Below, piece by piece: positions 15,458-31,189 of a DNA stretch of 64,000 bases. The first letter of the stretch is position 1. Each line of letters opens with the position of its first letter. A program made the position numbers and the translations under genes. The stretch lies in the NCBI RefSeq assembly GCF_009914755.1, contig NC_060929.1, one strand, 5' to 3'. The DNA is from the human T2T-CHM13v2.0 reference genome, Homo sapiens. The notes below the pieces were generated by a model that made no database searches, was not told the origin of the DNA, and was given only the letters and a program-made list of their open reading frames with translations.

Positions 15458-15988
15458 TCCCCATATCCCCATTCACTGTCCTTTTCTCTAGAAAATACCC
15501 CATTTCATATAACTGTCTAAACAACGGTTTAAGGTCTACACAAGATTGTGAAGTGAACCTGCAGGATTAGGAGGGTAAGGATTCCCACCTAGGTGGGCTC
15601 ACTTGCTCTGCCATACCTGGGTAGGATCCCAGCCTGCTTCTGTGATTGTCAGGAGGCACCAAAAAGGCTACCCTAGGTTTTCTGTCATTCGGCCCAAACA
15701 TTTCCTCTGCTGGGCAAATGTGGAAAAGAGGCATTAAGCTGGTGCTCCCACAACTGAAAGGAAAGCAATTCTCTTTCTGTTGTGGTTCCTTCCTCTTTGG
15801 ACTCTTTTCTTCCATTCCAGCCTATCCCCTTCTTGGAAAAGCTGTTCTACCAATAGCAGGGAAGAAACAGCGCCGTGTACCTGATACGCTACCCTGGGCA
15901 CAGGCGATCAGACCAGGGATAGACACCTGAACTGATCTGGGCAGATGCCCTCTTCTGGCCATTGAGAATTGACAGCATCAGACATCTA

Positions 15989-16434
<446 letters not shown>

Positions 16435-17439
16435 CTAACAAACCACCAAAGCTTTTTTTAACTCTCTAAGGGAAGGTACTTTTGTTTGACTTACTATTTA
16501 CTATTGATTAGGGCCCAGACTCTGCCAAGTTACATGTTAATTTTTGTCTGGTAGAGATACAAATGATTTTTGTCCTGTAAAAAGATTTTATTGCTCCACA
16601 GGACATTAATGAGTGAGGTTTCCAAATTAGCAAACTTATGTCAGCATGCTGTTTCTGATGGTCTATCCAAATCTTTCTCCTTCCAATTCTCTTTTCAAAC
16701 AGCTTTACCATCCTCTGGTTCTTTCTTTTGTGAAGTAAACAGATCTTTATACACACTCCCTATAGACTTATATAAGAATCATGTTTTCACTTTTTGAAAA
16801 TGATGCTTTGACAATTCCACTGAACAGGCTGGGGAAAATTTTATGAGAATTGTTGGATCCTGCTCAGAAGCAAAAAGATAAAACCAGGCTATCCTCTATC
16901 ATGGCTGATCTGGGGTTCATTCCCAGAAATGAGGGTCTTGGATCAGGGTCAAATATGTGGGTGGGGTGGGCTCAATTACTGAGATACCCATCTCATGAGG
17001 AAGGATGGGACCCATATTATGGGAAACAAAACAGGAAGAATGAGAGTGAAAAGATTAATCCTTTCACTAAATTGGGAAAACAGGAGAAAGTGTTGTTGGA
17101 TAAAGAAGGAACTTTAGCACAATGAGCAGAGACAAGACGGTAAATGTTCCTTATCCAGTAATCTCTGATGAAAGGCCAGTGCTCACATCATTAGTAATGT
17201 CCAGAAATGATAATATCAGTAGTAGCAATACTCACAATGTAAATAAGTAGCTCTCATGTTTTGATTGCCAATAGTGCTAGCAACCTTACATGTATCACTC
17301 TCTACCCCAGCCCTGTTAATTGGTACTATGATGAAGAAAGAGACTCAAAGAAAATAAATGACTCACTCGCGTATTTTTACACAGCTAGAATTGCTACAGA
17401 AAGGATTAAAGCCAAGTCTATCCAAATCCACTGTCTATG

Positions 17440-17543
17440 TCCCTCCCTCCCTCCCTCCCTCCCTCCCTTCCTTCCTTCCTTCCTTCCTTGCTCCTTCCTT
17501 CCCTCCCTTTCTGCCTCCCTCCCTTTCTGCCTCCCTCCCTCCC
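17440..17543. repeat. (CCCT/CCTT)n pyrimidine microsatellite, followed by L2-like remnant
   Basis: Direct reading. Confidence 0.9.
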
Positions 17544-18273
17544 TATCTCAAACATCTATTGAGTGTCTACCATGTGCCAGGCACTGTGTCAGGCTCTTGG
17601 GATACAGCAATAAGCCAAGTCCTTGCTTTCAGGGAGTTTACATTCCAGTGAGAGGGTCACAGAAACAAATGTATCTCTATGGCAGCAAGTGCTATGAAGA
17701 AAATCAGCTTCATTTTTATTGTTTCATGCCCATCATGCAGGTTTCCCACAGTCCATCATCCCCACTCCACCCCCCACCCAATGTAGTGCTTTCCTCTGTC
17801 CTGGAGAATCGGAAAGACTTCACAGCAACATCTGCAGTCCCTTTGTTTCAGTGACTTTGGCACAGAGAAGTGGACATGGTGGCAGACAAAGCTGCTGGAA
17901 GCTGTCAGGCTACTGGCAGCCAAAAGCTTAATCACACATTCCAAAGGCAGTGTGTGTGTGATGTTGCATCTCTGGCCCTGGAAGGGAGATAGAGGTCACC
18001 TTCTTGGGAGTCAGAGTTGGCCCCTCAGCTCCCAGGGGTTCAGCTGAGCAGCTTCAGAGGGCTGACTGCAGAGACCAGGAAGGGGCCATTCACTCTGATG
18101 GGAATTGGGAATCATTGATGCTCGAGCAACAGCTGAGTTAAAATTCATGCTAAGAAATCAGCATTCACATGTGTACATATTTAAGTCAGGATCTCAGTGA
18201 AGAGGGCATGACAGCAGTGAAAAGAGGTGCCAGACCTGAAGTAGGCTACCTTATGGTTGCTGCTTCACCTGTT

Positions 18274-18277
<4 letters not shown>

Positions 18278-18304
<27 letters not shown>
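18278..18304. repeat. (CA)n microsatellite
   Basis: Direct reading. Confidence 0.95.
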
Positions 18305-20608
18305 GATTCCAGAAGATAGTGGGACAGTAGCAATTTGAAGGCTCTGCCAGAAAAGCATTTGCTTAAAGTGTTGGGAATTTTTTGTTGGATTGTTGTTTCA
18401 TTCATAGGGCTTCTAAATTTCACTTTTGCATTTTAACCATTTCAAGGAATTCCCCCTGATTTTGAGTGTGAATGGGTACAAAAGACCAGGGGTTGTTAAC
18501 CAAAAGCCTGGAACATTCAGGTGAACGGCTGTTCTGCAGGGAAGGAGGGAAACAGCAGGGTGAGATGGATGGTCAACCTTCAAAGGCCTTACACAGTCCC
18601 GGCCAGGATAATCTTCGCCTCTCCCTTCTGCTGGGGAAAAGTCTGGATTGCTAAGACCAGGGTCTCTATAGTGGCATCTCCAACACTCAGGCCGAGCTTC
18701 ATGGCTGGGTTCCTGTTTTTTCATTTGCTCATGCCCCTCAGTGGTATCATCTGACTCAGCTCCTTTCCCTCCTGTTGGGCCAGTACTTACAGTGGGTCTC
18801 CTGATGAAGCTGAGGTCATGGGTTCATGAGCCCAATTATCACCATGCTGACCGCACCACTAACCTGGCTCCGTGTAGTTGCAAACTTGGCTGCACATTGG
18901 AATTCCTAGGGAGAGTTTTAAACATCCCAACGACCAGGCTGCAATGAAATAAGACCGATGAAATCAGGATCTCAGGGGTGGAATGGGACTGGTAATTTAC
19001 AGAATCTCTCCAGCTGATTCCATATTCAGACAAGTTAGAGCACCAATGCCCTCAGTCCTGAGAGTGAGGGCTGGTCTCATGAATCCATTCACACAGATGG
19101 AAGTCCATCCTCACAGCGGTCAGGCCTCACACAACATCGGGCATGTTGGTAGGCATATGCCTAAGTTTCTGTGCAATGAATGCATGCCTTACTGGTGATG
19201 CATCAATAGCAAGGCATTCAGGGGAGAGAGTACCCTGCCTCAGTGCCTAGCATGAGACATACATCCAGGACCATGTTTTTATTCCCATCTTATGGATGAG
19301 AAAACTGAGGTTCAGAAAGGGTAGGCAAAATCCCCTAGCTCACCTGGCTGGAAGGGGGCAGAACTTCCCTGTACGTGCTGAGAACACCACTGTTCGAGCA
19401 GAGGGGAAACCTCTGCAAATTTCACTCTGTGTTCAGTGGGTGACTTGCCAAAATGACTTGCCAAAGCCCTTTAGGGCCAATAAATTAGAGTGTTTGCATC
19501 AAATTTCCATGCACAAGAGCCAACTCAAAACCTTAGATCCAATTCCATTGGTTCCCATAGCTCTGAAGTGGAGAGATGCTAGTAATAAATCCTACAGGCT
19601 GATGGCAGGACTTTGATATATAATATTAACTCTGATCTTGGTGGTGGTCTGACTCAAGACAGAGGGAATATTAAAAGCAGTAGTAATCCTTCTAAAAGTT
19701 CCATGCGCTTCTGCCCAGATATCCAGGGTTTCTGGCTGAATTAGCCTGCAGAAGCAATTGTGCAGATTAGGTGATGTTGAACCACGAGAAAGTGTCTTCC
19801 CACTTAGCAAATCAAGGGTCCATGGGATGGAGAGAAAGGAGGGAATAGAGTTTGTCACTTGGGCTGTACTGACCCCAGTGGTGATGTCTTCCCTTTGATG
19901 GGTGGTGTTGGGACAGCAAGGCAGTCATCATTTAGCCCACTAGTGCTAAGGCGGAAGGCATCCGCAGTGCATGGTCTGGCATCCCCAGGCAAAGACAAGA
20001 GGATGGGCCCTGCAGAGTGTTTTGGGTTAGAAACAAGCTGAGTGAACTGAGTGTTTCTTCAGGGAGCGCACTAAAGATGAGCCGACAAATCCACGACAGT
20101 GGGGAGTGAGGTGAGGCAGGGACACAAATCCACAGCTGACTCACCCAGCACATTCCCACCTCCTCAGCATAGAAAACCACAGGGACAAACTGACCAGAAG
20201 GCTATTCATCCATGGGTCTATCCCGTGCCTTGATCAGTCTTCCTAAATCCCACCTTTGCCAAAGTCACTCCAGTCTGTGAATTTTCCATGGCTTCCTGAT
20301 GCATATGGAAAGACGTTCAGACTCCCAATCTGAGGTCCAATGCTCTCCAGAATTCCATCTTTCCCTACCTTCCTGGAATCATTTCCCATTGACTTGCCAT
20401 CTACCTGGACAAGCTGGAATGGCTGCTTTGGCTGTCTTCTGAAAATGCCCTGAGGTGTCTCTGCCCCAGGCCTGTCTCCTGTGCCCCCAGAGCTGCCCAG
20501 GCCCCTGCTTCCTACAGAGACCAGCTCACAGTCTTCTTGTCAGTGGTCATCTAACAGTGGTCTTGTAAAAGCAGAGCAAGTTCCAATCTTATTTATAGCA
20601 TTCAGCAG

Positions 20609-20772
20609 TTTTTTTTTTTTTTAGAGCTGGTGTCTTGCTCTGTTGCCCAAGTTTGAGTGCAATGGCTCAATCACAGCTTCACTGCAGCCTTGAACTCCTG
20701 GGCCCTAGTGATCCTCCTCTTTCAGCCTCCTGAGTAGCTGGGACCACAGGTATGCACCACCATGCCCACCTA
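20609..20772 (-). mobile_element. Alu monomer / AluJ fragment
   Basis: Poly-T followed by a single diverged Alu arm. Confidence 0.85.
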
Positions 20773-20914
20773 AACACAGTCTACCTTTATGTGTGTGTGT
20801 CCATCCATCACCAGATGCTCACGGAAGGTAGGGCAGAAACATTTTGAAAAATAATTTTTACCTTTGAAGAGTAATCTTAATGATAACCTAGCAGGTGCTC
20901 AGATACATCGGGTC

Positions 20915-21380
20915 GATTCACTTCCTATGGCTGTGTAACAAATTACCACAAACTTGGTGATTTAGAGCAATGCCCATTTATTATCTCAGGGTTTCTATAG
21001 GTCAGAAGTTTGGGTGTTGCATGGCTGGATTGTCTGTTTAGGATCTCACAGGGTTGAGATCGGGGTAGCCAGGGTTGCTTCTCATCTGGGGCTCCAAGTC
21101 CTCTTTGCAAGCTCACTGGTTGTCAGTAGAATTCAGTTCCTGTGGTTGTAGGACTGAGGTCCCCATATTCTTCTTGCTGTTTGTCAGTCTGGGGTGCTCC
21201 CAGCAACTCAAGGCCACTCTCAGGTTGTTGACACAGGGTGCCAACATCTATCTTCAAAACCAGTAGGAGGATTTCTCTTGCACTGAATCTCTTTTGCATC
21301 TCTGACATTCTCAGTCTCTGACCTCTAGATCCAGATTTAAAGGGTTCACTTGATTCTGTCAGACCCACTCAGGACAATTA
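20915..21380. mobile_element. MaLR LTR (MLT1-like)
   Basis: ggctgtgtaacaaattaccacaaacttggtg...atttattatctca...ggtcagaagt hallmark of MLT1 LTRs. Confidence 0.75.
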
Positions 21381-22931
21381 TTTTGTTGTGCGTCCCTTTT
21401 TCTGGGAAGTGGGTCTACCACTTCTATCACGTTCTTAAAAGGGTCTGGGAATGTTCACCCATCACAGACATCCACACCAGGCCAGTTAAGTCAGAACTGC
21501 TGGAGATTCCACATTCTCCTGGGCAGCCTGGGTGGAGAACCACCTATGTGGAAGGAACACTGGGCTCCAAAGATAAGGGGCCTTGCATTTTATTTCATTA
21601 CCAGTGTCTATTGGCTCTGAGACCTTACAGAAATCACTCAACTTCTCAGGGCCTCATTTGCAAACACGGATGATAATAGTAAGCTCCATCTCTCACGGTT
21701 GTTAGGAGGATTAAAAGTGTATAAAGATGCTCTGCAAGCTCTGAAGTATTAGCCAACCGTCTAGTCAGTGTGAAGAGACACTGAAAAGTGAGGTGGGACA
21801 GAGCATTTTAAGTGAAAAAGAAGGGAGAAGCTTATCTTTATCAAAGTTAAATATTAGATACTGAGTACTTTGTAAAGTCTGTTGCTGCTGGGGATCAGGC
21901 AAATTGTTATAACCTTCCTGGAAGGCAATTTCCCATAATTATCAGCAGTTTACAGAATATCCAAGCCATTTGACCCTAAGATAATGTTTCTAGGGATTTC
22001 TCTTAAGGATTTAATCAAGGACACATACACAGATTATAGCAGTTCAAAATTGGAACCCATCTATTTAACAATAAGGGATTGTTTAATTACACATGAAATA
22101 TTATTTAAACTTGAACATTATATTGCCTTTAAATATTTGACATGGAAAGAAGCTTAAAACTCAGTCCTATTTCCTTATCAATGTTCTATCAACAAGGGGC
22201 AGGAGGTGTCACCTCCTTGGGAATCAGAGTTGGCCCCTCAGGTAGGTGTTTGGAGCTTCCTGGTAGGGGCTGGGGACAAAGTGTGGATGGGGCACCTGCT
22301 GGACCTGTGGCAAGATCATCAGGGATTGCTATTGGTCTCAGCAAGGGAGTGAGGCTGACCAGTTCTCAGCTGCATTTCAGAGAAGGATGAAATGCCCTAA
22401 TCAGAAGTCAGCTCCCCTCATGACCCTGGAGGGAATTCTGCCCACTCACAGACTCTTTCTTATTCTGGGCCTCTGCTGTTATCTGGGTCTAGCTCCCTGT
22501 CACAGTCAGTTTGGGGACTGATCCTCCAGGAAAGTCCTGGGACCTCTCGGCAGGCTGAATGCTTCTCCTTTGTGACTCCCCTGCCATGGCGGTTGTGCCC
22601 CTTCTTACCTTCTACAGACACGACTTTTCATGGGCCTCTTCCTTTCTCCCCACCGGTAAATCACCACCCTTCAAAGGCAGGAACTGTCTCTATTTCATCT
22701 TAGTATCCTACGGGCCTGGCCCAGAGTAGATGCTCCAAAAAACTTGTCCTGAACTGAATGGGCGTGAAGCCGGGGCCTGTTGCACTGTGTTGTTGTGGGG
22801 TGGGGTGACTTCCAACCACACTGGGAGCCATCTCCCTCTCTCATTCCGAGGGAAGAGTCCGCAGCACAGATGGGTGCAACCCAATGTCAGGAGCTGACAC
22901 TGTGATCAAAGAAAATCATTTCCATTGCTCC

Positions 22932-24001
<1,070 letters not shown>

Positions 24002-25285
24002 CTTGCAAGGGTGCCCCTGTGTTCCTCCACTCTCCATCCCCAAGCTGGGCTGGGATTTCTTGAGCCAGATGAGTTGAAGATGCTGCAAAGTTAAAATGGC
24101 CTTGCCTTCCTGTGCAGTCAGATGGAGCACCCCCTTCCCTCATCTGGGCCTGCTGAGTAGGGTCTCACTGATCCCCACACTGTGTGTCCCTTAGACCTTT
24201 CCTGAGACCCAGCCCTTCCCCCGGTGGAAGGGAGAATTATTTGAAAAGTGTGGGTTTTGGTGTCAGACAGACTGGGACCCAGGTCTAGGCTACTGAACCA
24301 GTGAGCTGTGTGGCTTTGTGCATGCTATTTAGACACTCTGAGTTTTAATTTCCTAATTTCTAATTGCCAGACAGGTTGGTTGGGAGGAACAGCTTAGATT
24401 GACCTATGAAAGCATTTGTAGACTCGGAAGTGTTCTCATGGCACTTTGGATGAAATCGTTCCTGCTGCTTCAAACTACTGTGTGATGAGTTTCCAAAAAT
24501 CATTGCCTGTGATCTGCAGGCTCGTTGTATGTCACAGATCACCAGATGTGCTTCCATTCCATGCTTGCTTCTGCAGTCCTGTTCTAAGCTCTGGCCTAAT
24601 ATTCTTCCCGCCCACGGAGCTCTTGCCACTGCCTCACCGCAGAGACTGGAACCCTGTCCTTTAACTCCCAGCTCAGAGTGTAGGGAAGTGTTTCTCAAAG
24701 TATTCTCTGTGTTATCTGCTTCCAAATTGCCTGGATATTGGTTAAAAACCAAACCTCTGGTTCCCCTTCCAGACTGAAGGATGAGAATTGGCTGTGGGAA
24801 TGAGTGGGAATCTACGCTGTTGTGAAGTTCCCCACAGGGATCTCCTGCATCTTAAGGCTCAAAGGCCATGGACCTAGCCCCTGGATACTGGGCATAGGCA
24901 TCTCAGATGCTGTCTGTTTCTTCACTTCCCTGACTGGCCTGGGCTCTGGGGTTGGGCCCTTCTCATTTCTGGATTTGTGATACTTGTCTTGTATCCCCTT
25001 TTATCATAGTGTGCTTTTGCTTACAAGTGAACAAAAACCCAATCCAAAGTGATTTAAACAAAAAGAGCACTTATTGTAAAAGTTCAGAATAAACTGCCTT
25101 CAGGCATGGCTTGATCCAGGGGCGCACACTGTGTTACCAGGAGGCAGTTTCTCTCTGCCTCCTCACTTGGCTACATTTTTCTCTCACTTGTGCATCCTGA
25201 GCCATTCACAGAGCTCAGGAGGATGAGTGTTCTGATGGAGCAGGGTACGCTGGTGGTTAGTGCCATCAAAAACAGAATGAGATAA

Positions 25286-25943
25286 TGATATGGCTCAGAT
25301 GACTGGAGGAGCACCAGGGTTCTTGGTCTAGCACACACTTGGATAAAATGACACAGACACACCTGGAGTGGTTTTAAGGAGCGAAAAGTTTAATATACAA
25401 GAAAGAAGGAAGGAAGAAGAAAACAGCTCCCCAGTACAGAGACAGAGGGAGAGGGGATTTGAACAGAGAGAAAACCCCGGTGGGGAGAAGGGATGTGGGG
25501 GGAGGGCGTGTGTGTGGTGTAATCAGCTAGTTATATGAGGAGGCTGGAGGAGGCGGTGCTGGCTTGCATAGGGCTCAGAGGATTGGTTTGACCAGGCAGG
25601 TCATTCACATAGCCTGCGAAAAAGCTGGCCCTCACAGTCTAGCCTTTTAAGAATGCAAATGCAGGGCGCCATGATGTTCTACACACGTGGGGATATGTGG
25701 GGGCGGCCATGTTGCCAGCCACCTGTTGGGGCAAGGAAGAAACCTGGAATCTCCATGTTTGGGTGGACTCAGTTTCCAGTGGCCTGCGTTTGCATATCAA
25801 AGCTTGCCAGTGGCTCTTAGAGCTGGCGCTCTCCTGTTAGACAAGAAAGGTTTCTGGATCTGCTTTAAAAGAAACAAAAACTTCCCAAGGACCTCTTTTC
25901 CTCTCTATCTGCCTAAAATAATTTCTTAATAACTCCTATAACA
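25286..25943 (-). mobile_element. ERV1-class solo LTR (subfamily uncertain)
   Basis: TG...CA termini with 4-bp TSD ATAA (25282-25285 / 25944-25947); octamer-like atgcaaat and tttgcat inside. Confidence 0.75.
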
Positions 25944-26917
25944 ATAAGGGGGTGGTCCATTCCCACATGTAAATTGAGGCTTTTCCCAGAAATAGGGTGA
26001 ATAGATGCTGAGTTACCCCAGTCAGCAAATGTCCATTTATCTCATTTGTGAACTCTGGACTCTGCACAGAGATTGTGGTGACACAGGCTGTCCTGTGACC
26101 CTGTGGCTGGGTCAGCTCCTGTGTCTGCGACAGGATGCCCTGAGTCCCCATGGATTCCTCAACCCCACACCCTGTCCTACTTTTAGCCAAGTCAGCCATG
26201 CCCCTCTGAGGGCTACGCTGCTTCAATAGGCCTGGCTTCCTAAGTACCTTTCATTATCACCCAGGCTCATACCCAGAAGCAAAGCAGAAATTTCTTTTGA
26301 GATCCAGGGTGGGAAATGGTCAGTTGAATTGAGTTGCAACCGAAGGTGAGGAAACGTCTTTTATGAAAACCCATTTCCCTCTGTCGGAGGTGATTTCAGT
26401 CACATTTTCCAAGCTCAGGATAATTTACCCCCTACCAGGGTGCACTGCAGAAGGTCTGGCTGGAAGGCCCCGAGCACAGGAGTTGATTGCTAGCTGCTAA
26501 GAGGCTGCGCTTTGTTCCCGAAGGAGAAAGCTGCAGGTTAAGAGAACATTCCCCACCTTGCCAGGGGTGACAAAGCAGGGGACTGCTTGAGGGCTGACAC
26601 TGGAGTTAGAGATAATGAAAGGAGAGGAGGAAGAAGAAGCCAGGGCCTGGCTCAGCATCTCACCGCATTGGTGGGGAGAGGAGCTGCTCACCTTCTCGCA
26701 CCTGTTGTTGGGCTGAGACAGATTTTCAGAGAGCAATGCCTCCTGGACAGAGGCTCTTCCCCACAGGGCAAATGTAATTAGATGAGAGAAAAACAAAGCT
26801 CTGAAACCCTAATTAGGTGCCAAGCCCTCAGGCTTTATACATCTAAACAGCTAAGGAACAGAGGATAAGATTCTCCAGTCGGCACTCCCTTGCCAGTCCT
26901 GGCTGAGCTAATGGTGA

Positions 26918-27250
<333 letters not shown>

Positions 27251-28555
27251 CCGTGGTTGGCTTTTACTCCTTCCATTCTGCCACCCTGAAGCTGATCCTC
27301 TGGAATTTGCTTGTTTTTGGTGTGTCCAGAAATGAAGGTCTATCAGTTCTTGAAATTGGGTTGTTTTAAGTAACTGATGTGCTGGGATGACAGTGAAGAA
27401 GACAAGATAGGGATTCCTCTTCCTAAACTTTAGGGCCTGAAGGGACTCCTCATTGACAGCAGATGGGATTTTTAATTTCACTCTGGGATGGAGGAAGTGG
27501 AGAGGTGATCCAGGCTGGATTGAAATCTCTCAAGCCTGGGAGATTTTGCCCAAAGACTTTTGACATGGGAACAGTAGAAACATTGGGAAAATTGGACTTT
27601 CAGGTCAGCATTCTGGGTATTTCCCCAGTCTTCCCAGGGTGGGATCATCTGGCCCCAGTTATGGGAATAAGACCACATAAATAGAAGATGACTTGGGAAG
27701 TCATCTTCCCAAGGTGTCAGGGAGGAGGTGGAGGACCACTGTTCTGATCAGCCTCCTTCAACCTCACAGTGGGGTTGGTCTCAGATGGTGCCCAGGAACC
27801 TGCCAGCAGCGGCACTTTGATGGCACCAAGATCGTGGGTGCAGGGACCCAGATTTGCTTCCTACTCATGTCTCCCTACCCACTGAAAAATGGAATATCAG
27901 TGAGGAATATCTTAGAGGGCTGCCTTTGCTCCTTTTGCCAGAGAACCAATATTGGTTATTAACAATTGGGCCACATCTGGTGTGCAGAAAAATGAATATT
28001 TTAATAGTGCTTCATAGGGTATCGTAGCATCTTATAAAAAGTGGCCCATCAAATTATTGATTCAATCATTTAAAATGCATTAGCAGAGGATGCCTATCAG
28101 ACTAAGACATCCATGTTTCTGATCCAGTGAAAAGGGTCCAGGTAAGGAACACATATGAAGCCTCTTGGCATCCTTGTGTGAGCACGGTGCATGACGTGGC
28201 CATCAGTATCATTGTTTTCTTTGAGTTTTTGCTTGAGTGTTGAGATGTGTGAGGGATAGAAGATCCTTGTTTGCTTCTAGTCCTGACCTACACTGTCCAT
28301 TAGGGAAATAATTTGTTTTCTTGAACCCATTATATGAATAATTTTGTTTTTAATCAATAGAAACAAATGGTCTTTATTTAACTAACAGAAAAAATTCCAA
28401 TGAGGCCAGGCCACATAGGGGTTTCTGTAAATGTCATATCATTTCTCTTCTGTCCCCTCAGCTAAGAGTATAAAAAGTTCAGGCGACCTCCAGGGGCTTT
28501 TGCCTACTTAAATAGTATTACTTAGAGATGAGCTAGTACTTGGTTTTAAAAGTAA

Positions 28556-28855
<300 letters not shown>

Positions 28856-29098
28856 CTAAAAGTAACAGTTCTAAGCTTTGTACTTACGACACCAAAAACA
28901 TACAGACTGACATCTAAGTAATTAAGTCAATCATTAAGATATTTAGTTATGTCATGCAAAATAATAATCTCCAAGGAGTTCTCAAAGAATTCAGTAGTTT
29001 GATGTTATTGCCAGCACAGCCTTTACTGAGTCCTCTTATAAATCTTAAAGAAAAATTTAAGATTTTTAATTTTTAAAGATTTAAAAATTTTTAATTAA

Positions 29099-29365
29099 AT
29101 TTTTTTTTTAGGGCTGGACTCTTGGTCTGTCGTCCAGGATAGAGGGCAGGGATGCCATCACTACTCACTATAACCTCAAACTCCTGGGCTCAAGCAATCC
29201 TCCCACCTCAGCCTCCGGAGTAGCTGGGACTACAGGCATGCCCCACCACATTCGGCTAATTTTTAAAATTTTTTTGTAGAGACAGGGTCTCACTATATTG
29301 TCCAGGCTGCTCTCAAAATCCTGGCCTAAAGTGATCCTCCTGCCTCAGCCTCCTGAGTAGCTGGG
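29099..29365 (-). mobile_element. Alu (AluJ-like), truncated
   Basis: Diverged antisense Alu ending abruptly at ...gtagctgggtt. Confidence 0.85.
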
Positions 29366-29423
29366 TTAGATCCTGGCAAATGAAAGGGCCCCAGCTTTGA
29401 ACTACCTTTGGGGACGATCTCAC

Positions 29424-29865
29424 TGCACACGGGTTCTCACACAGCACACCCCGTCACACACATGAACTCACACTGAGAACATATGAACACTACACACATG
29501 TTCTCACACAGCACACGCCCCGTCACACCCATGAACTCACACCGAGAACACAACATCACACACAGGGACTCACGCACAGAGGACATGTGAACACTACACA
29601 CACGTTCTCACACAGCACACCCCGTCACACCCATGAACTCACACCAAGAACACAACATCACACACAGGGACTCACGCACAGAGGACATGTGGACACTACA
29701 CACACGTTCTCACACAGCACACGCCCCGTCACACTCATGAACTCACACCGAGAACACAACATCACACACAGGGACTCACGCACAGAGGACATGTGAACAC
29801 TACACACACGTTCTCACACAGCACACACCCCGTCACACCCACACCCCCACATGCCTAGACACACA
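29424..29865. repeat. CA-rich minisatellite, ~102-104 bp unit, ~4 copies
   Basis: gaggacatgtg recurs at 29579, 29681 and 29785. Confidence 0.9.
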
Positions 29866-29869
29866 CATC

Positions 29870-30960
29870 CTTACTCTGCGTGCATCCCTGGCCTGGTGGA
29901 CGGAAGATCGAGCGCTCTGGGTGGACTTACGGCCACAGGACGGGGGCAGAGTCGGCAGGGAGGCCCCTCCGAGGCCCAGTGGGCCCTGCGCTGGCCCCGG
30001 CCGCAGACGCCCACCTGCTGCTGTGCTGGCTGCGGCGTGTGCCCCGGGCTCTGCGGCTGACCTGGCCTCCACGTCTCACCCATGAAGCAGGCATGAAAGG
30101 CTGGCCAGGTTGGCTAAATGGGACCACAGCAGAAGCATGAGCCCCAGAATGTGCACGAAGGAAGAGAGAGCCGGGGGAGGTGGCGGGCTGGGTGTGCAGA
30201 GTGGGCCTGAGCTCCGGCCTCCTCCCTGGACGCCCTCCCGTGGCCGCAGCCATCCCCGCACCCACTGGTGTGGCCTGACCCTTCACCCTGAGCCCACCCT
30301 TCGCGGCCACTAGGGAACCTCAGGAGAGGCCGCCGCGGTGGGGTGGGCGGATTCCCCCGGAGCAGGCCCAGGCCCCTGCTCCTGAGCTCTCCTGCAGCGC
30401 CGTCTGCTGGCCACAGAGAACCCACGTGCGCCGGCCGCCAGGCCTGGGCATCTCCTCTCCTGCAGCGCCGCCTGCTGGCCACAGAGAACCCGCGTGCGCC
30501 GGCCGCCAGGCCTGGGCATCTCCTCTCCTGCAGCGCCGCCTGCTGGCCACAGAGAACCCGCGTGCGCCGGCCGCCTGGCCTGGGCATCTCCTCTCCTGCA
30601 GCGCCGCCTGCTGGCCACAGAGAACCCGCGTGCGCCGGCCGCCTGGCCTGGGCATCTCCTCTCCTGCAGCGCCGCCTGCTGGCCACAGAGAACCCGCGTG
30701 TGCCGGCCGCCAGGCCTGGGCATCTCCTCTCCTGCAGCGCCGCCTGCTGGCCACAGAGAACCCGCGTGCGCCGGCCGCCTGGCCTGGGCATCTCCTCTCC
30801 TGCAGCGCCGCCTGCTGGCCACAGAGAACCCACGTGCGCCGGCCGCCTGGCCTGGGCATCTCCTCTCCTGCAGCGCCGCCTGCTGGCCACAGAGAACCCG
30901 CGTGCGCCGGCCGCCAGGCCTGGGCATCTCCCCGGGCCCTAGTTCCCCCCCTCACCTAAG
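29870..30960. promoter_or_regulatory. CpG-island-like region, possible promoter
   Basis: High GC and CpG density versus flanks; GC-box gggtgggcgg at 30341-30350; includes the 68-bp VNTR. Confidence 0.55.
30385..30931. repeat. GC-rich VNTR, 68-bp unit, ~8 copies
   Basis: tctcctctcctgcagcgccgcctgctggccacagagaacccgcgtgcgccggccgcc(a/t)ggcctgggca starts at 30451, 30519, 30587, 30655, 30723, 30791, 30859, plus a partial first copy. Confidence 0.97.
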
Positions 30961-31054
30961 GGGAGGGACTCCCGTCTTTCCATCCACCCCCTCCTTGCCT
31001 CTGCAGAGCTCCAGGGAAGGCTGGCACCCGCTCACTGCATTTAGACTCCATCAG

Positions 31055-31189
31055 GTTCAGACAGTGGGTCAGGGTACAAGGCTTCAGTGGCCAGGGATGT
31101 GGCCTCTAATTTGTAGAGAGAAAGAAGGGCAGAGGCAAAGGTTTGGGCCCAGGGACTGGGCTCCGTTTCCAGAATCACTCTTGGAGCTG
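31055..31189 (+). ncRNA. Candidate lncRNA exon (135 nt)
   Basis: ctccatcag|gttcag acceptor and ctg|gtgagc donor; no coding signal. Confidence 0.4.

Noticed and set aside
17261-17854. 197-aa ORF
   Set aside because: Spans a (CCTT)n microsatellite and an L2-like remnant; non-ATG start.
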